Source: Neolecta irregularis DAH-3 (Eukaryota). From it: a stretch of 34,858 nucleotides of DNA. Positions within the stretch are counted from its first letter, which is position 1. Each line of letters opens with the position of its first letter. Below are positions 11,475 to 24,848 of this stretch, in pieces. A program made the translations under genes and the position numbers. The notes beneath the pieces were generated by a model. It did no database searches and was not told the origin of the DNA. It saw nothing but the letters and a program-made list of their open reading frames with translations. The DNA is taken from assembly GCA_001929475.1 (NCBI GenBank), contig LXFE01003532.1, positions 1 to 34,858 of the forward strand. Direction: 5' to 3'.

Positions 11475-12931
11475 ATGTCCTCTCGTTCTGCCTGCCTCTA
11501 TGGTAAAGATCTCCAGTCCGTACCTGCGAATGACAGTCTAGACCATATTCCTTGCCGGTTTTTTGCCTCCGGAAATGGTTATTGTCGGCGAGGCACAGCT
11601 TGCTGGTACTCGCATTCAGTCCCCGAACAGCGGGGACAAGCTCCGAACCGGAACATGGATAAAACCTGTACCATATGTTTCGAGGATCCAGAAAGGACCG
11701 GGCAACCCTTTGGTCTGCTAGTAGGTTGCCAGCATCCCTTCTGTTTAGGTATGCGCTACTTGACAGATACTCCGCTTACATGCGCAGATTGTATCAGGAA
11801 ATGGAGGACAAGTCAGAGCGGAGAAAGGACTAGGCATTGGTATTTGGTTGGAAGGATAATGATGTTGATTAACTAGTCCGACATGTAGAGCTCCAAGCGA
11901 TTATGTCATTCCAGCATCGCTTTTTCCGACCACTGTCGAAGAGAAAGAGTCGCATATTCGACATCACAAACAAGTATATCCTTACTGCGCCTTCATCTGA
12001 AGTACAAGGTGCTCAAGAAAATTGAATGCAAGTATTTTATCCAATCTGAAATGCACGAAACTCGATGGTGTCCCTTTGGTAACGTATCACCCTACTCTAT
12101 TGCCTCATAGAGTTAAAAATATAGGAATGTCACTACTCTCATAAACAAGACGGTCATGAATATATCTTCAACGAAGACCAACTCGATCAAATTCGTCGTA
12201 GGAAAACTAATCATGATGCTCGAAGGCGTAATACTCTAGAAACAGATGGTCTCGTCAATCGGATTGTGGATTTGGCCGGTGATAGCAGTAGCGAAATCGA
12301 CTTTAATCTTCTTCGAGCATTAGTCCAACTACCAGAATCCGGATCAACTGGTTTCGATGTATCTAATCGACAATTGACAGATCTTGCGGCTGCCTTGGAA
12401 AGATTTCGCCAGAGTTATGGAGCCGATAGCGATGAACATGACTCTGAGGCTGAAGATGATGAAGAAAGTGATTACGGACATGGGGATTCAATTGAAGAGG
12501 ATCACAACAGTAGCCAAGATGAATGGGAATACTACCCCCCATATGATCGGCTTGAAGAGTTTGCAAATAACGTGGTCTTGGAAATTGATGATAATGGCTC
12601 CAGTGGAGATGAGGAAGAACCCCCTCCGGAGATTTTACCTGATCCTCGAGCTTCTTCCTTCTATCGTCAACACCGTCGTTTCGCCCCGCCAACAGCCGGA
12701 TCTTCTTCACTTCGAGCAGTCGAGACAACTCTTCCTATTGGCTCTTCTGCTAACGCCTATGTCGATGAAAATGACTACGACTCCTCTTCAGATGATGAGG
12801 TATCAAGTAAATTATTCTCTTGTAATAATAATAGCAATCAGGAGAGCGGGCTTCGAGCTATGACCAGTTCGCGAACAATATATTATGGGGAATCTACGAT
12901 TATTTTGGATCAGGAAGGTGATTGCATTTAA
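11475..12931 (+). CDS. Makorin-like CCCH-RING-CCCH E3 ubiquitin ligase with acidic tail; introns 11503-11541, 11749-11787, 11840-11876, 11974-12008, 12084-12124
   Basis: CRFFASGNGYCRRGTACWYSH; RING CTIC...FGLLVGCQHPFCLDCIRKWR...CPTCR; CKYF...CPFGNECHYSH. Confidence 0.88.
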
Positions 12932-13317
12932 TGAATACAGTTGGCTCTGCAATCTTGGATGTTGGAGTTTATCTAATCCTTTTCCGTATTTATCGGCGGG
13001 GTAATAGTCTTTCTGAACCAATCTAAGATACATAGCATATTTATTGAATTCTTAGGTTTGATTCTAGAAATAATCTCCCTTATTCTGACAGTTTGTCCTC
13101 TATCTTAACTGGTGAAAATTAAAGTGAATTCCATTAATGATTTCATGGTTCATTGAGGCTTAGTAGTTTATGAGACGACTATGTCAGCAATAGCTGAAAT
13201 TCATATTAGAACGTTGTAATGCTGATAAAATGCCATTTCAAAAATAGAATTCAGTCTTGTACCCAAGCTGGATTGTAAATCGGCCTCGACTCACCTTCCA
13301 ACTTGGTATTAGGAACT

Positions 13318-13967
13318 ATGGTGAAGAAACTGTCTGTTCTGTTCGTATGGAAAGCAGCTATTCTTTAAAGTTTCTGATTTCTTAGCCTGGGAAACATGTA
13401 AGCCAACAATGAATTCGGGAGAATTCACCTGATTCTCCTATACAGATGTCGAAGTCCGATGGCCGAAGCCGTATTTCGACAGGCAGTTAAAGAAAAGGGA
13501 CTTGAACTGAAATTTGATATGATCGATTCTGCTGGAAGTAAGCAAATACCTTCGAACCAGGGGATAACGGTTACTGAAATAAATCAGCAAGTGCTTGGCA
13601 TATAGGAGGAAATCCCGATAAACGATCTGCTCAAACGTGTAAAAAGCACGGTATTTTAATCGAACATACTGGAAGGCAAGTATGTGAAGGAGACTTCACA
13701 CAGTTTGATTACATACTGGCTATGGACGACTCGAACTTATCGGATTTGTTGGAGATTAGGCCCTCAAATTCCACATCTAAGAGTATATTCTTGCCCGTTA
13801 AGAGCAAGGGTTTATTTCTAGTTGAACTCTTTGGCAAATATGCGCGAGATTCTCATAAAAGGATTATAGATGACCCTTATTACGGCGGCCCGCAAGGATT
13901 CGAAATAAATTACCAACAGATTAAATCGTTCTCAGAAAACTTTCTCGAAGGCATAATATTTGATTAA
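13318..13967 (+). CDS. LTP1: Low-molecular-weight protein tyrosine phosphatase (Ltp1/Stp1 family); introns 13350-13385 (GA-AG), 13398-13445, 13538-13587, 13783-13821
   Basis: Spliced [50 protein letters not shown]. Confidence 0.92.
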
Positions 13968-14038
13968 GGAAGATTCCTATATACAAAAAAGGCTATATCT
14001 GATGACGAATGCAATGGACATAAATATGGAGAGAGCTT

Positions 14039-17000
14039 TCATGCAGTATAAGGGCGGTGTTCGCTATTATATTCGTTGACTGTTTAATCAGTTTCATCTT
14101 TATCCCGACAACATACCTGCCAATCCTATCTTTCTGTAAAGGTAGAGCCTAGAAATTTCGGTATCAATAGGCACAAACGGGCCTTGTAAACCCCCTCTTA
14201 GCACCAAGGCAATTCCTGTTTTCTCTAACGATATTGTTTGAAGCTCTTTAAAAGCAACCTCCCACTCAATTGTCAACCTCTTAGATTTGATTAGCATAAT
14301 TCGAGAGTAGGTGAGCATCATAATCTTGTCATTCCCAGGGAGTTCGAGGTGGGCCAGATATTGTTCATCCGAACCGATAAACCTTCCCTTGTCAAGCTGC
14401 TTGAGCCAGTATTGTCCCAGAGCTAATATTAATATATAAATCTTGAATGAGAACATACCCTCGCGATGATTGTATGGTCGGACGATAGCATCCTTCCCAA
14501 TATATCTGGGAAGTCGGATTCTATCGATGCCATCACGATCAAATACGGTAGTAGTATTGCGAATTCCTTCAGTGAGATTGCTGGCAAGATCAAAAACACC
14601 AACTACGGGTTTCGTGGCAAAACTTGACGTTAAAAAACTTGTTAGTTTCACGCACATACCCAACTAAACCTTTCCCGACTCCTCGGAAAAAGCCCGCCGC
14701 ACCATCCTTCTCAGCTCCTTCAAGTGGTTGTTTCGCCAAGCCTTCGAACCCACTGGCAATGCTGGTTGCAAAAGATGTGGCTCCAGCTGTTACACCATAC
14801 AGTGCATGTCTAGGTCGATTACGGACACGAGATATTCTTCGTTTTGCTTGATACTCTTTGTCCATCGTTGCAGTTGAAAGACCTTTTGATATACTTCCGG
14901 TGACCTTGGTGACGGAGTCGGTAATTCCAAAAACAGTTTTCTTTACGAAGCTTGCTGCACCTTTTGCCAGCCCTTTTCCAAGTTCTTGTGGACTATCGCT
15001 CATGACAAAGCCTTGATATGGTTCATAAAATATATCAGCAACCCCAGAACTAACATTATTGAAGAGGCCAACAGGATTACCGAGAAAGTCGGCAGACCCC
15101 AGAATCTTATGTAGCTGGTAGAAGAATTCCTGGCCATAATGACTTTGTATACGTTGAATGAGGAGTGGGAGCGACATTCGTACGTTCTCCATCAGCAAAG
15201 CGTTCAGCTTTACCGGCGCATCATTGATATTTCCGATAGCCATTGTTAGAACATTAAGGAAGAACGCAAAGGGGTTCCGTGAGGATGTTCTAGGAATGAG
15301 AAAACAAGTCTCAGGGTAGAGATTACTTGTCTTCGACATTTATGCGTTCTGTTCTCACAAATGAAAGGTTCATTTGGGCTGGCTGCAGGTGCAGGACTTC
15401 AAAATAAACATCTAGGCCGGATGTTTCTGTCTGTGGTTCAGGAATTTCCAGTCGATCATCGCAAAGTTTCCCTTCATTCTGCTCAGACCAGTTATCACCC
15501 GGGATTTTGATGAAGTCAAGCAATGCAAATAGAAAATCCTCATCGATCTCGACGCTCAACTCTTGCAATAAAAGCGTCGCATACTTGACGTAGACAACGC
15601 CGTGGGCTTGAATATCAAAATTGCGAAACTCAAATGTTTCTTACAGTCATCTTTCACCATCGTAATTTGCGTGTGAAAGGCAGGGTGTGCCTCTGCTTCT
15701 TTTCCGGATTTTGGGATGACAGTGGGATATAAAATAATCGGATAGAGGCCTCCATATAACTGATTGTCGATCTAATGTTAAAAAGAGACCGCACGTTGAC
15801 TTGTTACCTGTATCCATTTCACAATGGTCTCTACCGTCTGGTAAATTGTCGAATCACTATATTTGATTTCAAGTCCTCTGAGCGTCAAATAAGCCAACTC
15901 CTGTAAACGATTGTTGATCAAAGAAATCCCGATTCCCTCAAAATTCAAGAGAACTTCAAAAGTGGTTTTGGCGTCCAGGCTGATAACGTCAAAAGCTTCA
16001 CGATCGATGACTGTTCCACGATATGTCGCTGAACCAGCATCTAACTCTTTTTTCACAGGACGATAGATACTCTTAGATTGCTTATAGTTCGAAAGAACCA
16101 AAGTCTGTGTTGGTCCGTCTGCAACTACATTGATCTCAATGACTTTGGGTTTGGCGCCCGGCATCTAGCCACTGTCAGTCTCTGCAATAGGATGCACTTA
16201 CCGAAAGTTTCATGGGAATAAGATTTCCGATCTCAGCCAATTTGACATGACGTTCCTTCCCATTTGCGCTTATGATCAATTCCTTATTCTGCGTTGCAGG
16301 ATAATCCCAAGCATAAGGCATAACACTTCGAGCTGGAAGACTGTACGTCTTGCTTGTGTGAAGAGATCGCCTTCGACTTTGAGGAGATTCTCTGTCATCA
16401 TTTTGGATATTGACCGGATGCTAAAAGAGTCAGAAGAGTCAGAGGTTAACCCTACAGCTTGCCAAAAGACGAAATCAGTGTCGCTTTCGTTTCGAATCGA
16501 GTATGGCCAACTATTTTCGACACCGATGTGAATGAATACGACAGCTTTTTCAAGCATGATCTCTATTTTGACTAGTTGCTGACGTTCATTGCCCTTTGAC
16601 ATCTTTACGTGAACTCGGCCCACATCCTGAATATTGAATGGTGCCGACCTGACGTATCAACACAACCAGCAATAGGTGATACGTGCCATTCATTGCCCAG
16701 GCCTGGAAAACACATAACCATTTGTTTTTCTTGTGTTTGCCTCAGAAAATGCAAAGGAAAACGAGTGTGCGCTTTAAGCGTCCGCACTATAGAGGATCCT
16801 GGCTCACGAATGTTAAGATCTTCATCAAGGATACTGTTGAGAATGAAGCGCGGCGTCAGTGTAACAACTTTTGTCATCTTATACTGAAGGTAAGCATCTC
16901 AGGGCATTCTTGAAGTGAAATACTTTGCCTTCGCCTTCATCGACACAAATCCCGATATGAAACTCAGATTCATTGGTGGACGACGGAAGGATTGCTTCTG

Positions 17001-20000
17001 CAACACTTCCGATAGCTTCAAAGCTTTGGGGCTTACTCCACTCGGAATCTGCGAATTTAAGGACAGCTCGGTTCCGTCTCTCATCATTGCTATATGCAAA
17101 CATATACGGTTTGGCTTCCCCTTTATTTCCTGCATTCAGTTGGCCTGCGGCCACTTTGGCCGAGGACAAAAAGGATTTAGATTTTATTTGCATGTCGAGA
17201 CCGGTCATGTTGAGAATAACATATGGTGAATATACTGACACTTCGAAGGCCATTCCGCTATCAGGAAGGTCCCTAAACACTTAAAAAAACAGCAAACATC
17301 AATGATTTACCGATAATGAAGCCTCAGTGGTAACTTCAGTCCGTTTTGATCTTCAAGAACAATTTTTTTCTCGCGCCCATAGTCTTCTGGGTTTCGTGTG
17401 TTGATGATTGAAAAATCGCTGGGTTTATAAACTACATTGTCAGATCGCAAAGAAAATTAACTGCGTACTATCGTCTTCTAAATCGATACTCATGAGCAAG
17501 AGATGCGATAATTCTACTACGTGAATAGGCTGTTGCCCCCCTTTCCTTAAGAACATACTCCAGTTTTTGCGAGAATTCTTATCGTATATCCTAAACTTCA
17601 TATCTACAGGAAGTAGGTTTTTAATCATAATTGGGGCGGAGATTCTGAGAGTCATATAAGGATAGACCTTTGTAAGAGGATTTCCCTTGTCATAGCGAGT
17701 ATGCAGCTGAAACCAGTATGGCGATTCATCGCGCTCATTTGCAGGACAGGCAATTGAGCGAGTTGGATTAGCCATGAGATCCTTCCAAAACATGCCTTCC
17801 CCGCACCATGTATAGCCAAAGCCAGCTATATATTAAGTTATTTTCCTTCAGTGGAAATGCCTTACAGTCTGGTTTAATCCGAATTGATTTTTCAAAAGCA
17901 GCTTGGATGGGAACAGGTCGGTCTTCGTCCGGGGCTAATCATCAGTCAAAGTACTAAGAACAAAAATAACCAATTTTATAGACGTGTACAACAGTCTTCT
18001 CATTCATAATCGCCATTTCGACTGGAATTGAAGTCCGGTTCTCCACCAAAAAAGAGGATCTCAACGTAATTACTTTGACGTTGTCTGTTCCGAGTTTGAC
18101 TTCGCAAAGAAGTCGATGGCTGGTTTGCTGCCGTTTAGATCTGAGTGAGTACATAACCTCGCCTTCGCGATCAACGGGTATATTCGAAATATTAAGCCAT
18201 TCGGAACGTTCAATTTTGATACCAATGCCATTTACATCATTATCAGTGCCCCGGTCTTTGTCCGCCGCCGACTATCAAATGAATTGTCCGTAAAGGAAAG
18301 AATACACACCTCTCGAAGTTTCCACCAATCTTCAAATTGCCATGGAACATCTTCACCGTCGGCCAAGTGTTTCACGTGTTTGGGTATGTCATCGTGTTTA
18401 GAAACAGATGTCCAGACTTGCATAGGGTAGCCTGTTCGATTCCGTATTTTGTAGGGAGCATCGGTCTCTCGAGTCTTTGACAGCACATCATCTGGTTTTT
18501 GCGAGATATAGTTCATAACGGTCATAGCTGTGGCAATTGTCTTCGAAGTGACCGTAAGCTCTAGACGCTTTGGAGAAGAAACTCTGACCGAAAATTTATC
18601 CAGCTTAGAGTCGTGGTTCATCTGCTCATTAATATATTGAACCAAAAAAGTACGAATCATACATGGACACGGAAGTCCCACTTTTCAGCAAGAGGTTCCC
18701 AGTGCGAATTTGAAAAGTTATACGCATTAATATAGGTTGACATTTTAGTATCGACCTTCATCTCGGATGACCAATCTTTCACATCCGCGGAAAACTGACT
18801 GACATTCAAATCTAAAAACGGAAGTTCGTGCATATCTCCAATTAGTACGAGGCGAAGGCCATCGAATGTGGCTCGAAGTTTTTCGATTCTTTTCACTGCT
18901 ACAGTCGCTGGCTTCTCCAGTGAGGGATGTCGATCATCGTGCATTGTGAGCAAGGCCTTTCTAGTTGGTTTCGTAACTGGTGAAAGAGCATGACCACTTG
19001 CAGTACGATGTTTAATTTGTAGACTCTGACGTTCTTTGTCATTATAGATACTGTAATTTGTCTTGGATGACTGTCCATTCTGGGTGTCCCCGGAAAGCTC
19101 GTACGCTCTGTTGATGATCGCTGTAACTAGCTTAATGTCATGGAAAGAAAGCCGAACGACGAGAGGGTTAACATCGATTGCAATGCTCGTGAACTCTCCC
19201 TTGAGACTATCAGATCGCGACTCCATTGACAAATTAATATCGAAATCATCGAGAACTCGGATTCTCGTCCCGTCAAGTTTGTCCATTTTGCATAGATACA
19301 TTCCAATCTCTTGAGCCGTCACAGTCATGACCGTCTGCTGAGAAATAACAAACGCTTTTGCGTTTAATACAATTGCTTCAGAAGTGGGCGATGTTGGATC
19401 CGCGATCAAAATTACCGAAGCGTTATTAATGTTTAAACGGTAGGCCATAGTCATGGTCACTCCGGTTTGAGCTGGAGACTCGGGCCGACCTACTTCACTT
19501 CTATTGAAAGAGACGGCATTCGATCGTTCGGCAGCAAGCTCTGAAGTAGATTCACCGTTGGAACAAACGTACGAAGCGGTTTCTGCAGGCGACAAATCTG
19601 AATATATTTCATCTGTAATTTCCTCGGCAGGAAACGCCGAATATGCAAAATCTCGCATTGCGAATAAGTGATCAAGTGCAAAAATTAACTGAGGGCTATC
19701 AGCCGCAAGCATGGCAATCATACTTCGCTCTTCGCCCCCGGATATTGTTACATTCGCAGTAAACTGACTTCCATTGTGTTTAATAGCAGGTATGACTTCT
19801 CGAAACTGATTATTTTGATGCTTCCTGGTATCGCTAATTGTAAAGCTCTTAATTGTCAACCCTGATTCTGAGGCTCCATCGGAAGACATTCGAACATTGA
19901 CATTTGTATTATTGAGAGAAAACTTGGACAGGCTGTGATCTTCAATATCTTTAACTGCAAGGCCTTCTTGATTATTGAATATTTCCAAAGCAATAGTATC

Positions 20001-23000
20001 GATTTTAAATGAGAGTCCAAGGGTGTCCCAGATATCCGCTTTGTCTTCTTTCAGAGTCACTGGCGAAACAATATCGACGTTTACTTCTTGGTTATTGTTG
20101 TCGGCTTGATCTTTCTCTCTCTGGATGTCAGTGTTGTTTGATTCTTGATTCGCTCTGAGATCTTCAGGTGCCTCCTTGAGCTCGAGAGTTGGCTCAACTT
20201 GGAATACTCTGGGAATAGATTGGCCCAGTTCCATCAAGAATCTAGCTTGCGTTTGGGTCAATTTCATTTTCAAATCTGAGAGAAATCCTTCAATCTCAAG
20301 ATCTGCTCGTTCTAAGCCAGATTGATGTTCAGCATAAACGACATCGAATTGTAGAGTGACATCATCCATCATGGATAGATTTTCCACCTGCCCATCTTCA
20401 AACACAATCTGAGAAGATAATCCAATCTTTCTTAGACCAGCCTTGATATGGTTGCTCACTAAGGATCCCTTCGATTTACTGAGCAGCTCAAATGAGTTAT
20501 GAGCAAATATCTCACCCAATTCAGCCTTGATTATCTGACGGCTTTTTATTTCTCTAATATCCATTCTGGGGAAAATGACAATTGGAGTTCGAATTACGAT
20601 ATCGAAATGCATCCTACTGGCCGTTTCTTGAATATTTGAAGCCTGGTTCAAAGCAACCTCTCGTGCTGTGTCGTATATTGCCTTCATCCTCGCAAATTTA
20701 GTCATAAATTCGAATATCTTTCGGAAAGGCTCTTCAACGAAACTGACTTTTAGTGATCCAGTTCTCAAATACACAGAGGAATCGTATTGCGGGTAGGTTG
20801 AACTGTTCTTAGGATCGTAGACTTCATATCTAAAATCAGCAAGTTCACCACCCTCGAGGCTAATGAGTTGACGGAATGGCGATGCTCGTTGAGCTCCTTG
20901 ATCTATATCATCGGATATCGAGAGATCTCCTAATCGAGCACCAACACGCATGGTATTACCCATCATGAAGATCCCAAGGTCTGCATGTTTCAACGTTAAC
21001 GTAGCTAGTTTGATACCATCATTGTTGAGGACAAGAACGATACTTGAAAGAACGATTTTGGCCCTTAGTTTACTGTCATCGACCGGTTGATTGTCTTGGT
21101 GACGTTGGAAGTCGGCAGGCGATGCCCCTTCCACTTCCAGAAGACTCGACCGGGGAGGATGTTTTGGGTGTGATGGCTGCGATTTGGCATTGTCTTGCTG
21201 GGGAGAAATAAAAGTTAGAATTATATAATCGTATAATGTAAGGATACTCCTTCGAGTGACGATAACATTGATGGTGGATATATGGACATCGATATTTTGC
21301 TGTATTCCTTCGTAAACCTCCATAAAATCTGGAGAGTCGTTTTGGACCGAGGTGTACTTGACTCGAATTAATTCTTGGGTTTGTTCTTTATCAGCAGCTC
21401 GAGCACTAGAGATAATCCTCTTAAACTCCAGAGCAGATGTTGGATCAATCCTATCCTCAACGTGAAGAGACCACAAAGCGACTTCAGCTACCATCCCATA
21501 TTTCCGTTGTACAAAATTTAATGCAAAGCGTTCGAGGACAAGCTCGACCAACAAATCATCTGGCTTTTCTCCCTTTGGATGGGCTTTGAAAAGCGACCCT
21601 TGAAGTTTATCGACAGTAAATTTGAATTCGAAAATATTTTGTTGAATATTGTCTTCATTTTCCATTTCGCTTCGTGCTTCAACAAATAATTCATTGTCAT
21701 TGTTCTCCCGATCTGATTGTTCTCCGGGAAGAGAATCAAGTTCATGTCGAAAAAGGTCATCGTCATGGCCAGTGTTATAGAACGAACCAGCCCTTGCTGA
21801 GCGAGTTCTGGCTGTACTAGGTCTTTCATCTTTCTTATCAGATTGAAATTGCTCGATTGGTGTATTCTTCTCGTCAATGTCGAAATTTGGCATGGCAATA
21901 TCGATAATACGCATCATTGTTTTGTACTTTGAATCACTGATTGAGGCATGTAATAAAGGAAGATGCCCCGTAATTCGAAATTTTGTAAGATTTGGCGCCT
22001 TGGGCAATATTGACATTTCAACCTGAAAAGTCATGTTAATACGATCGACTACATTATATGGTCGATCGTCCGTCATTCTCTTCAACTGATTAAGTGTGCT
22101 TTCAACAGATGGTCCGATTAGTAGTTGGGTTGACTCTAATTGCAGTGTGAACTTGTCATACATCAGCGATTCGAGACGCGAATAGTCTTCTGGTGTATAC
22201 TGATGGCTATGTTTTGCTTGGATTTCTCGAATTTTATTCTTATCAACCAAATCTGAGAAAAGACTGATATGCCCGGCATCAAGTACGATACAGCAGGCAT
22301 CTTTTTTAGTGACACTTTCGGGGATAATAATCAACGGAGCTTGAAGGTCAAGCTTTGCGTTCAAAGTTTTGTGTTCCTCGAGAGCAAATTCAAGGCCAGC
22401 TCGAGTTTGGTTTCGAATTCCTTCAACGGTCGCACCCGCTGCTTCAATAAGCACACCAAGGCTTTCCATCTGACTTTCTGGAGGTTCAAAAAATCGATAA
22501 ATGCTTTCGATGCATCGAGGATTATATATGATCTCCATTGAACGAAGTCGAGCACTCACGGCCGAGTCAGCGCTTTCATCAAGAGGATTTTGTTCAAAGG
22601 AAAAATAAAAGAACGGTTCTTCGGCATCAGGTACAGCAACCACTGCTTCGACTTCATTCTGTTGATTGGTAATATCTCGAGTTTCTGCAGCTTCCACATC
22701 AACGTGTTCCTTGTCTTTCACCTGGACAATTTGTCGGAATAGAGTCCCTTCGGTTGTACCGTCATATACGCGCAGGCCGCCTAGGCTGAGCTCTCCTTTC
22801 ATCGAATCAGCTCTCTGCAGAACATTGGCCCTAAAAGTATCGAAAAGCACTGAAATAATATTGGTGCACTTTCCATGCGGATCCTTTCTCAAGGTAAGAC
22901 TTCCTTGCTTAAGTTCTGCAGAGACTGCTAATTTAATAGAATCTCGAGTTTCATCAACGACAGAGGCAGAAGTCTGACGTTCATCCCAGTCAATCGCATC

Positions 23001-24577
23001 ATATAATTCTTGTTTTTGTGCTTCAGTAATGACAGTTTCTCCCTCTTCATTTGGAGTAGTCTGCTGACTCTGTTGTGTTATCGAGCTCATTAACCAGGAG
23101 CCCCATCCTTGTTTTGCAACAGGGTCAATTGACTTGGTAAGTGCTCGTTCCTTTCGAAGTCGATTACGCGCGAGAGAACGATAAAAACGAATATCCTCGT
23201 AAGAAAGCACCTTTTCCATCTCTTGAAGTTCTGTGGTCTCTGGGGAAACAAGCGTTTCCATGACTTTCTTTTTGAACAACTCAATGTACCTCGTCCGCTG
23301 ATCTCGTCTTTCTTGAAAATATTCCCAAGTCCATTTCCGATTCTTCTCGTGTATCTCTCGAAGAATACAATGTGCTGCGAAGTGAAACCAAGCATGAGGG
23401 TTTTCCGTTACTGAAACGCCTTTGGGTCGATATTTCTGGTAGTGTTGGTGGCGAATATAGAAGTGGAACAAGTCCAACATTAAAAGCGCATCTCGGTATT
23501 GATCTTCGTCAAGTACAAACCCAATTTCATCGAAAAGCAATGTTGTTTTGTTGTTTGGAGTATCCTTTTTGACAATTTTACTTAATTCCAAGCGCCCAGT
23601 GCCGCTGACTGGCTTCAAGATGAATTGGTTGCTTTCCGGAATATGGTCGCCTCGAGAAACAAGTTGACTAAATAAATCCTGTAATTCGTCTGCGGGTTTT
23701 CCAGCAAGAGATTGTGTATCGCTATTCCAATATACCGCCAACGAACCCAGAGTAATGAGTTTGTGGACCATTTCCACGTTATCATGAACGAAGACTGGAT
23801 TCCAGTTTGCGTCAGTAGATGTGGCCGAGAATTCTGATAATGTAATCCCGACAGCAAAGGGATGACTCGGCCCAGACAATTTGTCTTCATATCGAATATG
23901 TATGCACTTGACGCTCACTTGAAGGTTGTCGACAATCTATCTCTTAAAGACATAGATTTGTAAAGCGTACCTTTGCCACGAGAGTGTCTGTGAAGCTCTG
24001 ATTATTTCGGACGTCCTGTTCACTTAATCCTATCGATGACTGTTGAGACAATAATTCGGCGCTAAACCTTTCAGCATATGACACACTACCTAGCATATAC
24101 TTGTCGAGCTTTTCCTGTTTAACAGCTTGTGCTCGACGCCCTTCGTCTTCCTCATCATACTCAAAATTAGCGTATGGATCACAGGGAATAGCTACTTCTT
24201 GCTCTGCTTTCGGCGACGCGAGTAGATACACATTCTCGATGAACACTTTAACGGGTTTGTTTTTCAAATTCGACCATGGAATCTCGATCGTAAGTTCTCC
24301 CAAATATCCTTGGGAAACATCAATGGGCAATCTAAACTTGTCGAGCGCCTGGGTTGGGATTAGGGTAGGGTCTAGAATAGACACGTACCTCTTTCTTCAA
24401 TTCAAGGTTTCGTAACTTGACGGCCCCGGACCAAATGCCGATATTAAGCTGCTTGGGATCAAAGTTCTTGACATAGGCACCGAGAAAGCGATTCAGCAAT
24501 CCTACGACACGCTATCAGCCCTGATTCTATGGACGGGGTATCGAGGAGTCGGTACCGGCTACAAGCGACTCCAACAT
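14039..24577 (-). CDS. VPS13: Vacuolar protein sorting 13, bridge-like lipid transfer protein; ~21 introns
   Basis: Chorein-N start [34 protein letters not shown]-terminal [26 protein letters not shown] and PH-like tail; ends [13 protein letters not shown] at 14039. Confidence 0.97.
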
Positions 24578-24812
24578 GGTAAACAGCCGCGAGCAGGGAG
24601 CCCAGAATCACGAGCAACGCCTAGGGTGTATGATGGTCTTCTGCTATAAAACTTCTGAATGCGGAGGTTGTTTCCGGCCACCCTGCACCACCTCCGTCAC
24701 CGGGGAAATCCAGGTCTCTGGTTCTACATCTGCCTGCTGCAGTTCTGCCTGGTGGAGGCTGCGCAGCGGCCTGCATGTTTGTCTGCCGCGACCTGGGCAT
24801 GACGTCAGGGTC
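24578..24812. promoter_or_regulatory. Short GC-rich bidirectional promoter between VPS13 and the DUF3429 gene, containing a CRE palindrome TGACGTCA (24800-24807)
   Basis: Head-to-head start codons about 235-270 bp apart; ATGACGTCA at 24799-24807. Confidence 0.55.
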
Positions 24813-24848
24813 ATGTCTGCGGCGGGGCGCATCGCTCCCATCACCGCA

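Noticed and set aside
14470-23890. Antisense and alternative-frame ORFs inside VPS13
   Set aside because: Shadow ORFs of a long coding region.
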